A stretch of 64,000 bases of DNA from Callorhinchus milii. Lineage: Eukaryota. Shown here piece by piece: positions 1 to 11,279 of this stretch. Below the pieces are notes generated by a model, which was not told the origin of the DNA, ran no database searches, and saw only the letters and a program-made list of their open reading frames with translations. A program made the translations under genes and the position numbers. Each line of letters begins with the position of its first letter. Position 1 is the stretch's first letter. The DNA lies in the NCBI RefSeq assembly GCF_018977255.1, contig NW_024704743.1, forward strand, positions 7,194,001-7,258,000, written 5' to 3'.

Positions 1-41
1 TGTGAAGGGCGCGATATATGTGCAAGTTGTTGTTGTTGTTG
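1..41 (+). mobile_element. L2 LINE 3' tail (truncated by window start)
   Basis: gtgaagggcgcgatatatgtgcaagttgttgttgttg matches the L2 3' terminus seen on RT-bearing copies in this window. Confidence 0.75.
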
Positions 42-324
42 AAACCTTTGAACAAGGGAGAGAAGAAACAGCCTAGGTAACTGACCAATTCCGCTGGACT
101 CCCTATGTTTGTGGACTTAGGGTGAGGGCTGGGTTAAACTCTGTTGTGATTCCGCCCTCCCCCTATGGCTGTTGACACTCATTCTCTGGAGTCGTGCAAG
201 GAATGCCCACTCGAGCTGGAAGGCAGCCAGGTCCCTGGACTTGAACCTGACAATGATTCAGCATGTTTGGAGAAGGGGGAGGAAGAATGAGCGGAGAAAG
301 GAAAAAAGTCTCCTGACAATGGGG

Positions 325-625
325 TATTATTCAGTGCAGTACTGGGGGAGCAATGGGGACAAATCAGAGGTGTCATCCTTTGCACGAGACGTTAACTGAG
401 GTCCTGTCTTCTTGTTCAGTGGACGTAAAAAGATCCCGTAACACGGTTTTAAAAGAGAAGGTAATTTCTACTGGTCATTCACTCCATGGTTGTTTGTGGG
501 ACATTACTGTAAGCAAACTGGCTTTCGTGTTCACCAACAAAGACACAATCACTTGCCTTTACAGTAAAACTCTGTGAAGCACTTGGAGATGTATTTGATG
601 TGATGAGCTGTTATGTTAAATACAC
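325..625 (+). mobile_element. DeuSINE (SacSINE1/AmnSINE1-like) fragment
   Basis: cagtgcagtactggggg...gacgttaactgaggtcctgtc...ggacgtaaaagatccc...tgtttgtgggacattactgt Deu-domain motifs plus decayed L2-type tail. Confidence 0.8.
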
Positions 626-674
626 TTTCTTAACAAGGAAACCTTAAGGAATCTTGTAAGAATTTGCGTTGCCC

Positions 675-910
675 AAGTCTGGAAGTAGATTCCCCCTTCT
701 CACCTCCACACTCTCTGGAACTATAGATCCCCCACCTCGCCTCTTCCATACACCTTCAAAGCCCACCTTAAAAAATAATTATCTTTTCGACTGCGGTTTC
801 AGTCGCCTTTCCCTCCCTCCCCACCAGCTTGGGTGACCCCACTCTGTGTAAAGTGCTTTGAGATATCCTCCTGATATGAAAGGCCCCAAATAAATCTAAT
901 ATTGATGTTG
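675..910 (+). mobile_element. L2 LINE 3' fragment
   Basis: ctctggaac...ccttcaaagcccacctt...ttttcgactgcgg, C-rich 3'UTR and tail. Confidence 0.75.
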
Positions 911-1290
911 TGTCACACAAGATTTCCCGCTAGCGGTGTGACATGCTTCCGGTTTCTGTGGAAGGAATCCCAGTTTGTGCGATTCAAGTTTTCCTGTTAA
1001 AAAATAAAGTCAATCAGATCCCAATGCATGGTTCTGTAATTGTACTCCAGTGGATCTGTGAACAAATAGTAAAAAGTATTTCCATTGTCTTTTTCCTGAA
1101 GACAATATTTTTAAGTGCAACAATATCGGCCAAGAAGGAAAGATTTAATTTCGGGGCAACATCGAGGTAAATAGTTGTGATGAAATCGATAATTAATGTT
1201 GGCATAAATCAACGCAGGAATCAATTTACACTGACTTTAATTTTGAACACTGCAATTTTTAACTCAGTGATTTCTTTAAAAAATGGCCAG
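910..1290. promoter_or_regulatory. Candidate conserved non-coding element/enhancer
   Basis: Repeat-free island with ETS (946-954), ONECUT/CUX-type AAATCGATA (1183-1191) and PBX-HOX TGATTTATG (1203-1211, minus) motifs; conservation not verified. Confidence 0.45.
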
Positions 1291-2074
1291 TTTTGACAGA
1301 CAGACACAGACAGACGCTGGACCACAGTTGGGGGCTCAAGAGATGAAAGTCAATGGAATTGCTTTTTTCCTTTTGGGAGGCGACGGCCATCAGGAGTGGC
1401 AATGATTTTATTTTACTGCTTTAAGGGGATTCCATGTTCCTGCCTCTGGGACAGAATCCAGCTGTACTCCACTGTTAACTCTGCCCATTTGCCAAACGTT
1501 TTTTTTGTTTCGTGCGTTTAAGATTTGCCAGTACGTTTAAGGTGTTAGGGGATGGAGGTGGGTGGCAGGGAGAATTTTGATGTTCTACCTTCTACTGAAG
1601 AAAAAAAAGATTCTGTATGTATAGTAGTAAGAAAGAAAACACGGCATTCTGCCAGGATTGCTGTGTGCGTCCTTAGCTTCTGCTTGTTCTGTATTAACAT
1701 CTGTCTTCACTAACTTGTGACTGGACCCCCCTAGTATATTACTCAGCACAAGCCAGCTCAAGGGAAATTACTGAGGTTAGTGCTTTAGTTAGAGGGCATA
1801 GAAATAATGGCTCCTTCATAAAGATTAGGGCATAACCTTTTCTCCAGGCTTTTTCCCAGAATGAATGGATTTTCATATACTGAGAAAGGAAGTTCAATGT
1901 GATCTTAATCTAACTCTCCTCAGCATGTTCAGCCCTCAGTGACTGTCCACCACAGGCTTCTCTGATCCATCAACATTTCTTAATAGAAATGCGCAGTGTC
2001 TTTTGGTTAAAGTACAAATAAAATGTAATTGCTAAATAATCACTCCTAAAATTATTTTCCATATCATCTTTAAT

Positions 2075-2305
2075 TCCAGCATTGTCCTGGCCAACAGCCC
2101 CCCACCCTCCCCACTCCCATATAATCAAATTGGTCATTCAATGCATGGGTCTTTGTGGGACATTGCTGTGTGCAAATTGGCTGCCGCATTCACCTATAAA
2201 AATACAGTCACTACACTTCACAGTAATTCCTGTGAAGCGTCTTTAAACATCCTCTCGATGTGACAGGCACTATATCAAAGTGCAAGTATTATTATTATTA
2301 TTATC
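2075..2305 (+). mobile_element. DeuSINE 3' half
   Basis: tttgtgggacattgctgtgtgcaaattggctgccgc...tail ending (att)n. Confidence 0.8.
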
Positions 2306-2567
2306 ACATAATTTAAAAAAATCTAGATTCACTCTACTGAAGTATTCTTAACTCAATGGCTTTAAAAGAGGTGATACTGCATTAATTTTCTTCAGTCCAG
2401 TCAAAACTATAGATAATGGACATTTTCTAAATAAACAAGCTTCTCTATGAAAGAAAATTGTAAACAGCAGACAGGAAGCCTGGATTATAAAGATGACTAA
2501 TAAGCATTCTTTAGTTATATCATCAGTCGCTATTCAGTTTTGTGGGCATTTTGCTTGTTTGTTTCTG

Positions 2568-2660
2568 TGGCCCAAAATTTCCTATGGTTTTGGCCTTAGA
2601 CTATTGCCTTAAATTTAACATCATGCAAAAATTCTAATGAATTTGGAAGCCAATTTTCTG
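2568..2660. mobile_element. Half copy of palindromic MITE-like element
   Basis: aaatttcctatggttttggcc...gccttaaatttaa...aatttggaagccaattt aligns to arm of 42541-42770. Confidence 0.55.
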
Positions 2661-3076
2661 TCGTTCACTCGAGTCCCATTCAGTTTCCTATCAAAACTGC
2701 TTGGATTTCTTTGCACAAGTCGTATTAATGTGAATAACCATTGTTGACAATATATGTCTGTTTGTTTTCTAAATAAACAAGCCTCTATATGAAAGAAAAT
2801 TGTAGACAGCAGGCAGGAAGCCTGGTTATATAGGTGACTAATAAGCATTCTTTAGGTATGTCATCAAGGGTTATTCTTTTAATTTATTTTTCCTGTTGAT
2901 CTCTTCCATGGAGAAATCTTCTGGGTGTATTTTTACAGACTTCATTTATGCTCCTTAAAATGAATAGGAGAGGTGAGTATCTTGTGTGAAGTATAAACAG
3001 CAACACAGACTAGTTGGGCCAAATGGTCTGTTTTTGTACTGTATCTCTATGCCAAACCTTTCCATTAGAAGCTTAC

Positions 3077-3190
3077 CTCAGCCCTGCGCCGGCAGCCGGA
3101 CTTGTTCTTTCAAATAGAAGGGCAGGTTATCAGAGGACAAGCTTCTCTGCTGCGTCTCTTTAAAGTTGCCCTTTATCTCATGACTCATTT
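3077..3190 (-). promoter_or_regulatory. Candidate short exon/alternative promoter with GATA and AP-1 sites
   Basis: Minus-strand donor GAG|GTAAGC at 3077/3076, WGATAA at 3127-3132 and 3173-3178, ATGACTCAT at 3180-3188. Confidence 0.35.
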
Positions 3191-3554
3191 CCACTGAGTA
3201 AGGCAGACAAACATTGCGTAGAGTAGAGTTGGGTCTTCCTCCCAACGTGAAAGGCGCTATACAAATGTAATCTTGTTGTTGTTGTAGAGTGTCTTTGGCT
3301 AACTACACGATTAAGAACATGCTGTTGTCAAAATCAAGTGCCAGACAGTCCAGATACACACAGAATCTAAGAGCGTTTCAAAAATTCACACAACCGTAAG
3401 GTTGAAAAAGCATTCATACGACTAACATACAGCATTACTGATCCATAGAGGTCTTAAGTTTGATCACTGGTCAAACAGTGATCCAATCTGTTGGCCCACA
3501 GCACAGAAACAGCCCTGGTCAAAGTGACAAATGACATTCGGTCCATCTACGACC

Positions 3555-3855
3555 AGGGCTCCCTCTAACTCCTCATCCTCCTTGACCTCTCTGCTGCCTT
3601 TGACACCATTGTCGATTATCCTAATACACCGCCTCTCCTCTCACCTCAACCTTCATGGCTCTGTCCTTGACGAGTTCAGATCGTACCTCTCACACCGCTT
3701 CCACTTCATCTCCCCAGACGGTTTCTCCTCTAGCCCCCGCACCGTCTCGTGCGGTGTTCCTCAGGGCTCTGTCCTCCTCACCTCAGGCACTGACAGTATC
3801 ACCATCCATTGTTGCACACTCCACCTCGCTAAGCCAGTCCAGAACCTTGGCGTCT
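3555..3855 (+). mobile_element. L2 LINE reverse transcriptase fragment (decayed, internally deleted)
   Basis: Translates to LILLDLSAAFDT...FRSYLSHR...CGVPQGSVL...VQNLGV, canonical L2/CR1-group RT motifs. Confidence 0.85.
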
Positions 3856-4807
3856 CAGAGCGCTTCACAGTAACAGATGCCGGGGCCAAGCCAGGGGGAG
3901 GAGGAGGAAGGTGACCAAAGGTGGTTGAAAAGAAAGGTCTTCAGCCGAGACCTGAAAATAGCAAGAGAGGGAGTGAGGCGAAGGGAGTGAGGAAGGGAAT
4001 TCCAGAGCCTCGGGGCATAGTGGCTGAAGGCATTGCCGCTGAGGGTGGAGAGGAGGACTCGGGGGACAAGGAGGAGGCCAGACCCGGAGGAACGAAGGCC
4101 ACGGGCGCTGTTTTGAGGAGAGAGGAGTTCAGAGAGGTAGGGGGATGCAGAGGAGTGCAGGGACTTGAATACAAGGGTGAGGATCTTGAAGTCGATCCTC
4201 TCTGGCACAGGCAGCCTGTCCAGTCTGACAAGGACTGGGGTAATCGGGGAGCGGAGTTTTGTGCAGGTGAGAATGTGGGCGGCAGAGGTTTGAATAATCT
4301 GGATTTTATGGATGGTAGTGGATGGGAGACCAGCGAGGAGGACATTGAATACTCCAGCCGAGAGGTGACAAAGGCATGGACTAGGGTTTCAACAGCTTTC
4401 AGAGAGAGGTATTGGCGGAGATGGGCGATGTGTCGGAGGTGGAAGAAAATGGTGCTGGTGAGGGACCAGATGTGGGGGAGGAAGGATAATTGGGGATCGA
4501 ACCAGATGCCTAGGTTGCGTACAGGTTCGGAGAGTTTTAGGGGGAGGTTGGGTAGGTGCAGGAGGTGAGAGCCACGAGATTTTAGACGTTGACGAGAGCC
4601 AAAAAGTATGGCTTCCGTCTTGTCAACGTTCAGCTGAAGGAAAGTTGCGCTCATCCAGCCCCTGAGGTCTGACAGGCAGGCTGACAGAACATCAGGGGAC
4701 TGGGAGTCGCAAAGAGAGGTGGAAAAATAGAGTTGGGTGTCGTCCGCATACATGTGGAAATGTATCCCATGTCTGCGGATGATATCCCCAAGAGGGAGCA
4801 TGTACAC
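3855..4807 (-). mobile_element. L2 LINE, 5'-truncated: RT C-terminal half and 3'UTR, frameshifted
   Basis: YMLPLGDIIRRHGIHFHMYADDTQLY...LNVDKTE...VRNLGIWFD...HAFVTSRLEYS, then frameshift to RIDFKILTLVFKSLH...APRLWNSLP...FRSRLKTFLF. Confidence 0.95.
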
Positions 4808-4974
4808 TCTGAAATGTTACGTTAACAGAGTAAATCGAAACTCATGTGGAATTTGACCTCACACATTGTCCATTATTTATGAATGAGTCAAGCTACAAAA
4901 CCATAGAAGACATTATAGCAGAGCTTTACCTCATCTTGTCCCAATATCCATATGCATACACTTTACAATAGGGG

Positions 4975-5130
4975 AAGGGTTATCAGTGGACAGCAATCAG
5001 TAGTGGGAACCTTTACTGTTTTTCTTCTAATACTCAGTAACGCAAACCATAACATCCAAACTGTTGCACTGACCGCCAGCTAACTTAGCCACAAATGGAA
5101 ACTGAACCAGAGACCTATTGCTTTACCATC
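4975..5130 (-). mobile_element. tRNA-like SINE family B fragment (decayed)
   Basis: cagctaacttagccaca...gaaccagagacct resembles copies at 33490, 53830, 60135. Confidence 0.5.
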
Positions 5131-5140
5131 TACAGAGAAC

Positions 5141-5317
5141 GTAGTTAAAGGGAGACTTGATCAAATATAGAAATATTTAATATTATAAATAAAGCAAATA
5201 AAGCTAAATTATTTCTTCAAAGGAAGACGAGATATAAGAAATGTGGGGGAGCACAAATGGAAATGAATGAAATTACATTGTGAACAGATATCAGGGGAAC
5301 ATCTTTATTCTTTGGGA
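5141..5317 (+). mobile_element. Decayed CR1 LINE RT C-terminal fragment; arm 1 of inverted duplication
   Basis: ttaaagggagacttgatcaaa (LRGDLI-type motif); reverse complement at 6121-6294. Confidence 0.6.
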
Positions 5318-5819
5318 GTGAAATTAGGTTATTCACATGCCTAGCAAATTATGAGACTTCCCATTTAAAATGGGGAACACAAAATTTACTCTAGTTTAGC
5401 TAGGGAGAAGAGATGTCCAACCCCTAAAGAGTGCTAAAAGAGTGTCTACGTTTACAAATATCCAGTTACTACATTTCACAATAATTACCTGTGAAATTCC
5501 AGTGTTATAAGCGTTATATCAAATGCAAGGGTTATTATTATTAAGGATTATTACAAACGTTGGCATAATCTTCCAATCTACCAAGAAATGTTACATAAGA
5601 AAAATCATTGGGATTGTTTCCAATATGATTATTGTCTGTGATAAGAGAGTTAATCTACTGGAGACTTGATCTTTGACCAAATAGCCTTTGCTCCTCCCTG
5701 CTGTTTCTCATGCTCTTTTGAAGTGGTGGGAAAAAATTAAAAATGATCAGATGGAGTTTGCAATGAGATGGGAGCAGTTGAGTATTCTTTTTCTCCTCTT
5801 AATAAAATTAAAAAATGTT

Positions 5820-6125
5820 TTAATAATAATAACGCTTGCATTTAATATATCACCTTATCACGTTGTTGAGAAGTCTCAAAGTGCTTCACAGAATACACTG
5901 TAAAGTGAATCGATTGTGTATTTTGGGGAGAAATGTGGCAGCCAATTGTGCACAGAATTGTCCCACAAACAGTCGAACAAACAGGTTCCTACTCACTGCT
6001 AGATAAACAGAGTCGTGTGGGGTAAGGAAGTTTGCCTAAGGTTTCACCCCCTCCCTCCAGGAATTCAATCCGGGTCCTCTTGCTTGCGAGGTGAGTGCTC
6101 TAACCAATATGCTAAAGGAATCCCA
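5820..6125 (-). mobile_element. tRNA-headed SINE type 2 (Deu 3' domain, L2 tail)
   Basis: Reverse complement of tRNA head ggttagagcactcacctcgcaagc...ggattgaattcc, body ggcaaacttccttacc, (att)n tail. Confidence 0.85.
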
Positions 6126-6294
6126 AGGAATAAAGATGTGTCCCTCGATATCTGTTCTCAATTTAATTTCATTCATTTACATTTGTGCTCCCCCACATTT
6201 CTCCTATCTTGCCTTTCTTTGAAGTATTAGTTTAGGTTTGACTTATCTCTTAACATTTATATATCTTTATTTGATAAAGTCTCTCTTTAACTAC
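6121..6294 (-). mobile_element. Decayed CR1 fragment; arm 2 of inverted duplication
   Basis: Reverse complement of 5141-5317. Confidence 0.6.
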
Positions 6295-6384
6295 CTTCTT
6301 TCACACACATTTTATATAGCACCTTTCACATCGGGGGGGATGTCTCAAAGAACTTCACGTAATGTAATGTAAAGTGTAGTCATT

Positions 6385-6755
6385 GTGTATTACCGAACAG
6401 ATCAACTTCAAGATCCTCTCACTCGTTTTCAAATCCCTTCATTCCCTTGAACCTTCCTACTTATATGATTTGCTTACGCCACACTCCTGTTTGTCCCTTG
6501 TCCCCTCTGCTCCACCATTGGCAACCGTACTTTCAGCCACTACGCACCAAAACTCTGGAACTCCCTCCCTCAATCCCTCAGCTTTGACCCCCTCCCTTCC
6601 CTCTTTCAAATCCCGTTTTCGATTTTGATTGTGCTTACGGTCACCTCTCCCCTCCCTCTTCCCCTGGCTCGGGGTCAGACTCCACCATTGTCAAGTGCTC
6701 GGATTCTAACCCGCGTGAAAGGCACTATATAAATGGAAGTCGTTGTTGTTGTTGT
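6385..6755 (+). mobile_element. L2 LINE 3' fragment
   Basis: QINFKILSLVFKSLH...PSYL translation, 3'UTR and gttgttgtt tail. Confidence 0.85.
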
Positions 6756-6830
6756 ATGTTTCCTCCCCCAGCTCGGGTAGTAAACCAGCAATGTTAAACG
6801 CTTTGAGAAATCCTCTGATGTGAAAGGTCC

Positions 6831-6893
6831 TATATAAATATAAATATAAATATAAATATAAATATAAATATAAATATAAATATAAATATAAAT
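6831..6893. repeat. (ATAAAT)n microsatellite expanded from an L2 tail
   Basis: About 10 perfect units following tgaaaggtcctat. Confidence 0.95.
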
Positions 6894-6939
6894 GTATTGT
6901 TATTCATTTTGTAGGTGAACAAAGCAGCCAATTCGCACG

Positions 6940-7270
6940 CAGTTGACACTCCAGTGAAATGCTAGGGGGAGTGCTGCATTGTTGGAGGTGCCATCCTTTG
7001 GGTCAGATGTTAAACCAAGGTTCCATCTGCCTGTTCTGGTGGACGTTAAAGATCTCACTGTACTTTTCGAAAGAGAAGGAAATTTCTCCCACTGTCCTTA
7101 CCAACAATCCACCAAAATAACATTGGCCATGTGTTTCATGGCTGTTTGTGGGACATTGTTGTGCGCCTTTGTGCTGCTGTTTACCCTGAAGACAGGCACT
7201 CCATTTCACAGTAATTCCAGTGAAGCATTTTCAGACATCCTTCCGACGTGATAATGCGCTATACCAAATA
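6940..7270 (+). mobile_element. DeuSINE
   Basis: tgacactccagtg...ggaggtgccatcctt...gttaaaccaagg...ggacgttaaagatc...gctgtttgtgggac. Confidence 0.85.
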
Positions 7271-7611
7271 CCCTAATTGGTGGCATTTGGTGTATAAACT
7301 CATACTTGAGGAAAGCAATTACATTTGCACTTTCCATTGAACAGTGATCACGAATGGAACAATAACTAATCTTTCAGAAACACTGAGGCCATCTGTATCA
7401 TCCTCAACATTGTACACTTGATGGGCACAGACCAGGGATTCAATCTTGAGGCTCAGCACCTGTAGCAAGTGGCCATTTACCCAATGATCCTCCAGGATTG
7501 TCCTGACCTCAGCGTGTTGATGGGAGTGTCGGAGATGTGAGATCGTAAGAGTGTGAGCGCGGTTAAGTGAGCAAAAATTCACTTCCGAACCCTGAAGTTA
7601 CACCTAGTCAT

Positions 7612-7837
7612 AATCTTGGCTGAAATACCATTTTGCCTTAAAATTTAAGATGGTGAAGAAATGTGGGAAAGTCATAAAATTCGGGTTGTAATTTGGAAGC
7701 CAGTTCTTTTTCGGAAACGTGGAAAGCCGGCTTTCAAATTAATTCTGAACTTAACAATTTTCCACAATTCTGCATGATCTTACATTTTAAAGAAATTTAT
7801 TTCTTGCAGAGACTAGGGCTGGGTGGAATTTCAGGCC
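7612..7837. mobile_element. Palindromic MITE-like element
   Basis: gccttaaaatttaagat...aatttggaagcc / ggctttcaaattaa...atcttacattttaa inverted arms. Confidence 0.6.
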
Positions 7838-8022
7838 TCAGCGAGGCCGTCTGTGGGGATTGTAATGTGTGCTTTTGATGGCTGAAAAACAGCTGAAGAG
7901 AGTCATCAAAAAAAGCAAGTACAGCAGTTTGAAACCAATCCACTGCTATTGCAACAGATCAGGAGCTGATACTAATCGTTGTTCACCTTTTATTGCCATT
8001 ATGGCATTTTGACAGCACTTAC

Positions 8023-8032
8023 ATTTCGTCTC
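8023..8032 (-). other. Candidate 10-nt microexon GAGACGAAAT
   Basis: Minus strand: ttgcatttcttgtttaattttttaatctttaacag|GAGACGAAAT|gtaagt within a repeat-free island (7870-8200). Confidence 0.5.
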
Positions 8033-10664
8033 CTGTTAAAGATTAAAAAATTAAACAAGAAATGCAACTGTAAAAGAGCAACTTCCTCTTGCTTCTTGCC
8101 CATGGGAATGCACCATTTGTACTTGCTGACAGAAACAGCACATTTAAAACTCCATCAACTAACATGAAGGAACGTGTTGAATTTGGTATTTCTAAACACT
8201 GTTATTTCCTGGCCAGTAGTATTTCACAGCCTTGAAATTCTAAACGATATCATACTTATGTGAAAATACGCGTTGCTCTGTGTTGAGTTAACTGATCTCA
8301 ATCAGGGCAGCAATAAGAGTATATAAAACTGTCAACCATTGGAATCAAATGTCAACCAACGACATTATTATCTAGTTCCGTTTTGGTCAGACACATAACC
8401 AGTTTGTGGACCCTGAATAATATAGCACTGAGAGAAAACAGTTTGCACTTTTATAGCACCTTCCAAGTCAAAATTTCTCAAAGCGGTTTATAGAAATTAT
8501 TGTCAAGTGTAATATCTTTACGGTAAGTGACTTCGAAGGCGAACTAACAAAAAGTTGAACTGTTTTAAAATCTCAACACTGATCCCAGAGGAGCTGAGCT
8601 AATGTACCAGAATCAAAACCACTGATTTATTTGGGTAATATCACTTTATTTCCAAGTGTGCATATGGTACAGTTTATGTGAATGTCACAGGGCAATTGTT
8701 GTACTGCATCTAATGTACATGATCTTTGCATTCATTTCAGAAAGCTGTGCACCATTTGACTGTCTACATCTCCATCTATATATAAATTCAGACGGTGAAT
8801 TCTTCAGATCTAAATTAACTTGTTAAACTAGTTTCCGATTCCCATTACATCGCTGCTGCTTGGGGAATGGAAAGTCCATCAGAACTGCTGTGTTACTTGG
8901 TGACACAACAACCAGTCTGAGCTTGTGCTCCCGTGGTCAAAGTCACTGATTACTCATTAACTATTTCCTTGTCTGCTCAAGGTTAACTCAACACGTGCCA
9001 GGATAAGTAGACTCAGCTCAGGGTGGAGTTAGTTCTGAGATATTTTAACATGAAAAGGTGCATTAAATAAGTAGTGAGTGAGTTTGCGGGATGTTTGCAG
9101 GATACTATTGTGGGCAAATTGGCTGCCATGTTTACCTACAAATACACAGTCACTACATTTGTCGTTTAGAGACATTGTTCCGACCTGAAAAGAGCTATAT
9201 CAAATGCAAGGATTATTATTATTATTATAAAAATACTAAAAAGAAGTTATTTATTTTGCCTGAATGAATACACCTTCACGTTCCACTTCTACCTCCACCC
9301 CGTTCTTTAGAAAGCCAGAGGAGACATGATGGGCTGAACGGTCTCCTTAGTGCTTTAAAGTTGTATGATTCTAACATTGACAATAAAAATATCCTGACCC
9401 AGAATGAAGAGGAGATGAACTATGCTTCTACTGTTGGACAATTAAGAGTTAGACTGCCATCCCATGAGATGAAATGTTGAACTATGCCACAATATTGGGC
9501 CAAGACAATGTACTTAAATTGGTGGCTTTTACAACAAAATCAGATGAATACTAAATCCTGGCACGGAGCAAATATTCAGTGATGTGATAATTGTAACATG
9601 TGATCATTATTACCGATGATAACTATCATGTTACATATCACATTTTCCACCTCAAAATTAACAGTTTCAGGCTGGTGATCACCATTGGTTTATCTAACCT
9701 ACTCATTCAAATTCCCCAAATATTCCTTCGACACATAGGAACATAGATAAACAGAACAGGAGAATGGCGGAACAGGCTCAAAGGGCTGAATGTTGTACTC
9801 CTGTTCCTATGTCTGTACCTGCAGGGAAAGCAATCAACCTACCTGAGGTTGGAAAATATTGTTGGCTGGATCGATAAGATACTCACAGACACCTCTAGCA
9901 CTGATGTCTCTAGAAGCAGGGGAAAAAACCCAGTGTCTAAAATGGACAAGTTACTGGCTGTAGAGATAGCATCGCCAGCTCACGCTAATATGAAAGCACA
10001 AGAAAAGTCCTTCTGATCTGTCCCATACTCAGGAAGAGCATTGTCAATGCAGGAACACAATTTATTTTCCATCTCCCGCAATAGCAATCCTTTGGCCTAG
10101 CTAAGTGAGAACTGAGAGGTTAGTGCCAATTTATGGGCAATTTTAGGTTGTGGCCGAAAGCCCAGTGGGAATTATCCAAATTATTTTCCTTCTTCTTGTG
10201 TTAGTCGGGAGTCTCATGCATGCAGAAGGACTCTTACTATGCTTAAGAGTTTCCAGAAGCTGAGCTTGTTTGTCAGTTACAGACAGAAGCCCCCCATTAA
10301 CCTTGCACTCCACTCCACCAGTTGCCTACAAATTACAGATTAAAAAGATTTACTAGGGTAAATCCCGTGAAGTGCTTTGAGATGTTAAATGCGCTACATC
10401 AAACCAAAGATTATTATTATTATGAGTCAGTCCTTCAGGGAAAGGAGTGAGGAAAATTGGATATTTTTTAAAATATTGTTTTGCATATGTGTGTGTGCAT
10501 GTATTTAGTTACTGTTGTTTGCCATTAATTGTCTGAACTAGATGGACCATTCATATGGCTGGTGTAAAATTAACTGGCAATTGCACTCCAATACAACAGT
10601 CACTTCATTTCTTATTCTGAGAGGCACTTTGAGGCATTTCTTTTACGTAAAAGATACTAAATGT

Positions 10665-10905
10665 GGAATACTGGAATTCCATCCTGGAGTCACTCTGATT
10701 CGCTGCCTCCCTCACCTCGTTCAAAGTCAGGGTTCGTCTGAAGACCTACCTCTTTGACTGCTTTCGGTCATCTTTCCCCTCCGCACTCCCCTCCACACCT
10801 ACCGCCTGCTCAGATGCCAAGCCAGGATTGTCAAGTGCCTTGGGGACATTCTCCTTTCAAGAAAGACGCTATATAAATGTAAATTTATATTGTATTGCAT
10901 TGTAC
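10665..10905 (+). mobile_element. L2 LINE 3' fragment
   Basis: ctggaattcc...ttcaaagtc...ctgaagacctacctctttgac, tail gaaagacgctatataaatgt. Confidence 0.8.
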
Positions 10906-11279
10906 ACAAATGCATGTGTTTGTTGGTATGAAAGCACTGCGGTACAAAGGGTGATGAAGCTCGTTTCATATCTGAGGAAACTCTTACAAAACTTCTTTAA
11001 AGATCCAAAGTTAATTGTGCTCTGAAATGGGTTAAATATCATGTTAGCTTCACATTGACTCAACAAGCTGGAATGCCCTGATATAGAACAAGTTTACAGC
11101 AGACATGCAGCACTGACATGAGGTCCATTCTGCACCAGTTCAAATTTCCTCCTTTAAAATGCTGGAGGTTTGAGGTCTGCGGAGATCAGAGGCTCTTCTG
11201 TAGTTTAGAAATAATCAAAAAGGTCCATCTCCTGTCAGCCAGGTTCTCATGTGACTTATTTCCCCAGCTCCCCCTTTCT

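Noticed and set aside
3921..4568. 215-aa plus-strand ORF
   Set aside because: Antisense shadow of the L2 RT.
3531..4807. Plus and minus L2 RT fragments as one twin-primed (5'-inverted) insertion or a functional RT gene
   Set aside because: The plus piece lies beyond the tail of the minus piece, the two overlap in the VRNLG region, and both are frameshifted or truncated: independent dead copies.
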